DNA from: Octopus bimaculoides
Taxonomy: Eukaryota
Length of the DNA stretch: 49,596 bases
Assembly: GCF_001194135.2 (NCBI RefSeq)
Contig: NC_068984.1
Location: 23,005,159 to 23,054,754, forward strand
Direction: 5' to 3'
Each line of letters starts with the position of its first letter. Position 1 is the first letter of the stretch. This document shows positions 48,020-49,596 of this stretch, one piece after another. The translations under genes were made by a program, and so were the position numbers. Below the pieces are notes generated by a model, which saw only the letters and a list, made by a program, of their open reading frames with translations, made no database searches and was not told where the DNA came from.

Positions 48020-48510
48020 TCATTATTTCATTTATTTGCCACCAGAGCGAAGGATGAGTGGGGTGGCAGTACAAAGACAGACGTAAAGTGTGGGGGTTTA
48101 CATATAATGAAATGATAAAATAAATAAATAAACAAAAGAAAGAGAGTAAGTATACATGGTAAACAATGAAAAGGAAGAGAAATATACAGGTTATACAGAA
48201 GTTTTAAAAAGTGGGGGATGATAGAAGTGTAGTCCTCCTGGTACAGGATGACCTCTAGGAATAATCGAGGAACCCCACTGTCGAAGATCTCCCTGAACAC
48301 CAAGGGCAAGTGCTCTCTCTAATTTCCTTTCTCCGACTCACAGGCCTACACTTAAAGAGGTACCATCCACTCTTAGCATTTTCGCAAGTTTCCACCCACT
48401 TTTCAATAAACTCAGTCGAGGACAGCACTTCCCACTCCATACACAGTTTCCTTTTGAAGTGAAACTTGAAGTCAATGAGACCTCTACCAAAGAGAAATGT
48501 ATTTGTCCAC
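48020..48510 (-). mobile_element. Possible L1/Tx1-like LINE 3' end
   Basis: ORF end ...FKFHFKRKLCMEWEVLSSTEFIEKW..., then a pyrimidine-rich UTR and aataaa. Confidence 0.4.
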
Positions 48511-48544
48511 GTGCCTTTCAGCCTCGTCCACCAGATCAAGAAGT

Positions 48545-48729
48545 AGAAGAATACTATGTGGAGTTAGCTAGGGCAGATATAGACTCCTATGTATGTAATA
48601 GTGAAGAAAGTTTATTAAAAGTTGCTAGAGTCACAGCAAGACACAGGGAAACCAAAAACCCAAGCGAACTTAAATATCAGCAAAAAAGAACAGAAATTAT
48701 CTGACTGACAGGAGAAGGCGTTGCATGGT
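48545..48729 (+). mobile_element. R4/Dong-like LINE internal fragment
   Basis: SYVCNSEESLLKVAR...D*QEKALHG, the motif that precedes LHGQF in Dong-A. Confidence 0.5.
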
Positions 48730-49265
48730 TGTTATGCATGTGCCTGGTGTACCCTTATCAGACGGGTAGTCATGATGTGTATATTGGACTTCGTATATTT
48801 GTACCCCAGTGTCACTTTGATGGCATGCGCTGCTCACTCACTCAATGTACATTGTTTTGTCTTTGTATAAAAGATGGGCTACAACATTTATTCTGCTCAA
48901 TACCACAGGGGTGGGGGAGCATCATAACCGTGTAGTGAGAAGAATTCTTTGGGGTTTAGATAATTCATCTCTGAAAACATGGGTGTTTCGTTCAGCATCC
49001 TTAAAGAAACCTTATTCAGTGAACTTTTGAATGGGATAGGCTACTCGACGTGAAGAAAATTTTAACTGAGCCCTACCTGCAAGATCATGCGCTGTTTATC
49101 TTAATATGAGAATACCATGTCGCGCACATATTGTTTTGATGCATGTGCCCCGGTAGTCATGATGGGTATATTGGGCTTCGCATATTTTACCACAGTGTCC
49201 CTTCCATGGCATGCACTGCTCTCTCACTCAATAATAATAGTAATAATAATAATATTAATAATAAT
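48730..49265 (+). mobile_element. Element F 3' fragment plus an internally deleted copy and (AAT)n tail
   Basis: Same sequence as the reverse complement of 26511-27067. Confidence 0.8.
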
Positions 49266-49278
49266 TGTAGTAACGCTG

Positions 49279-49306
49279 TGCGCATGCGTAGTCTCACGCA
49301 TGCGTG
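49279..49306. promoter_or_regulatory. Paired NRF-1-like palindromes
   Basis: TGCGCATGCGTA and CACGCATGCGTG, followed by a relatively CpG-rich stretch. Confidence 0.35.
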
Positions 49307-49596
49307 GAATTAAACACCCAAGCTTTCCCGCTTTGATCGATCTCTTTCTTGCTGACCAGCGATTGAGCAAGGACGTGTCTAGTTGTCTCTCCATCTTTCG
49401 AACTCACGCTAGACAGCTCACATCAATATACCAACGTCCCAACAACCATGTTCTGACACACCGAAGACGTCTCAACAAACAAGATTAAAGATGTATATTT
49501 TCCACTATGAATAAATATTGTTTGTGTTGATAGTCTGGAGTTCAGCGTTACCGTTCATAATTCTTAATTTAATATAGGAAAGTCAGGTGTACATCT

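Overview
AT-rich, microsatellite-dense eukaryotic genomic DNA with six N-gaps. It is most likely from a coleoid cephalopod (Octopus-like), which is inferred from the SINE/LINE repertoire and not proven. Two convergent host genes are supported: (1) a + strand ankyrin-repeat/SOCS-box (ASB-family) gene, with an ankyrin exon (CDS 8285-9265) spliced across a ~19.9 kb phase-0 intron to a SOCS-box exon (29128-29319), about 390 aa; (2) a - strand single-coding-exon PTB/PID-domain adaptor (47193-46198, 331 aa). The rest is mostly decayed mobile DNA: several tRNA-headed SINE families, RTE, CR1, R4/Dong-like, Tx1-like and Penelope-like retroelements, mariner and piggyBac-type remnants, and long foldback hairpins. 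The most notable observation is a tRNA-headed SINE-like element ('G') carrying a Penelope-type minimal hammerhead ribozyme. An inverted pair of G sits, with a 14-bp target-site duplication, inside the GIY-YIG motif of a Penelope-like element. Two further unrelated minimal hammerhead motifs occur at ~35570 and ~37320. Also notable are a same-strand chain of Dong/R4-like LINE ends plus a non-coding partner element all joined by (AAT)n, and an ASB exon whose 360 codons contain a single in-frame stop. Family letters (A-G) are my own working labels, and repeat boundaries are approximate because they were read by eye.
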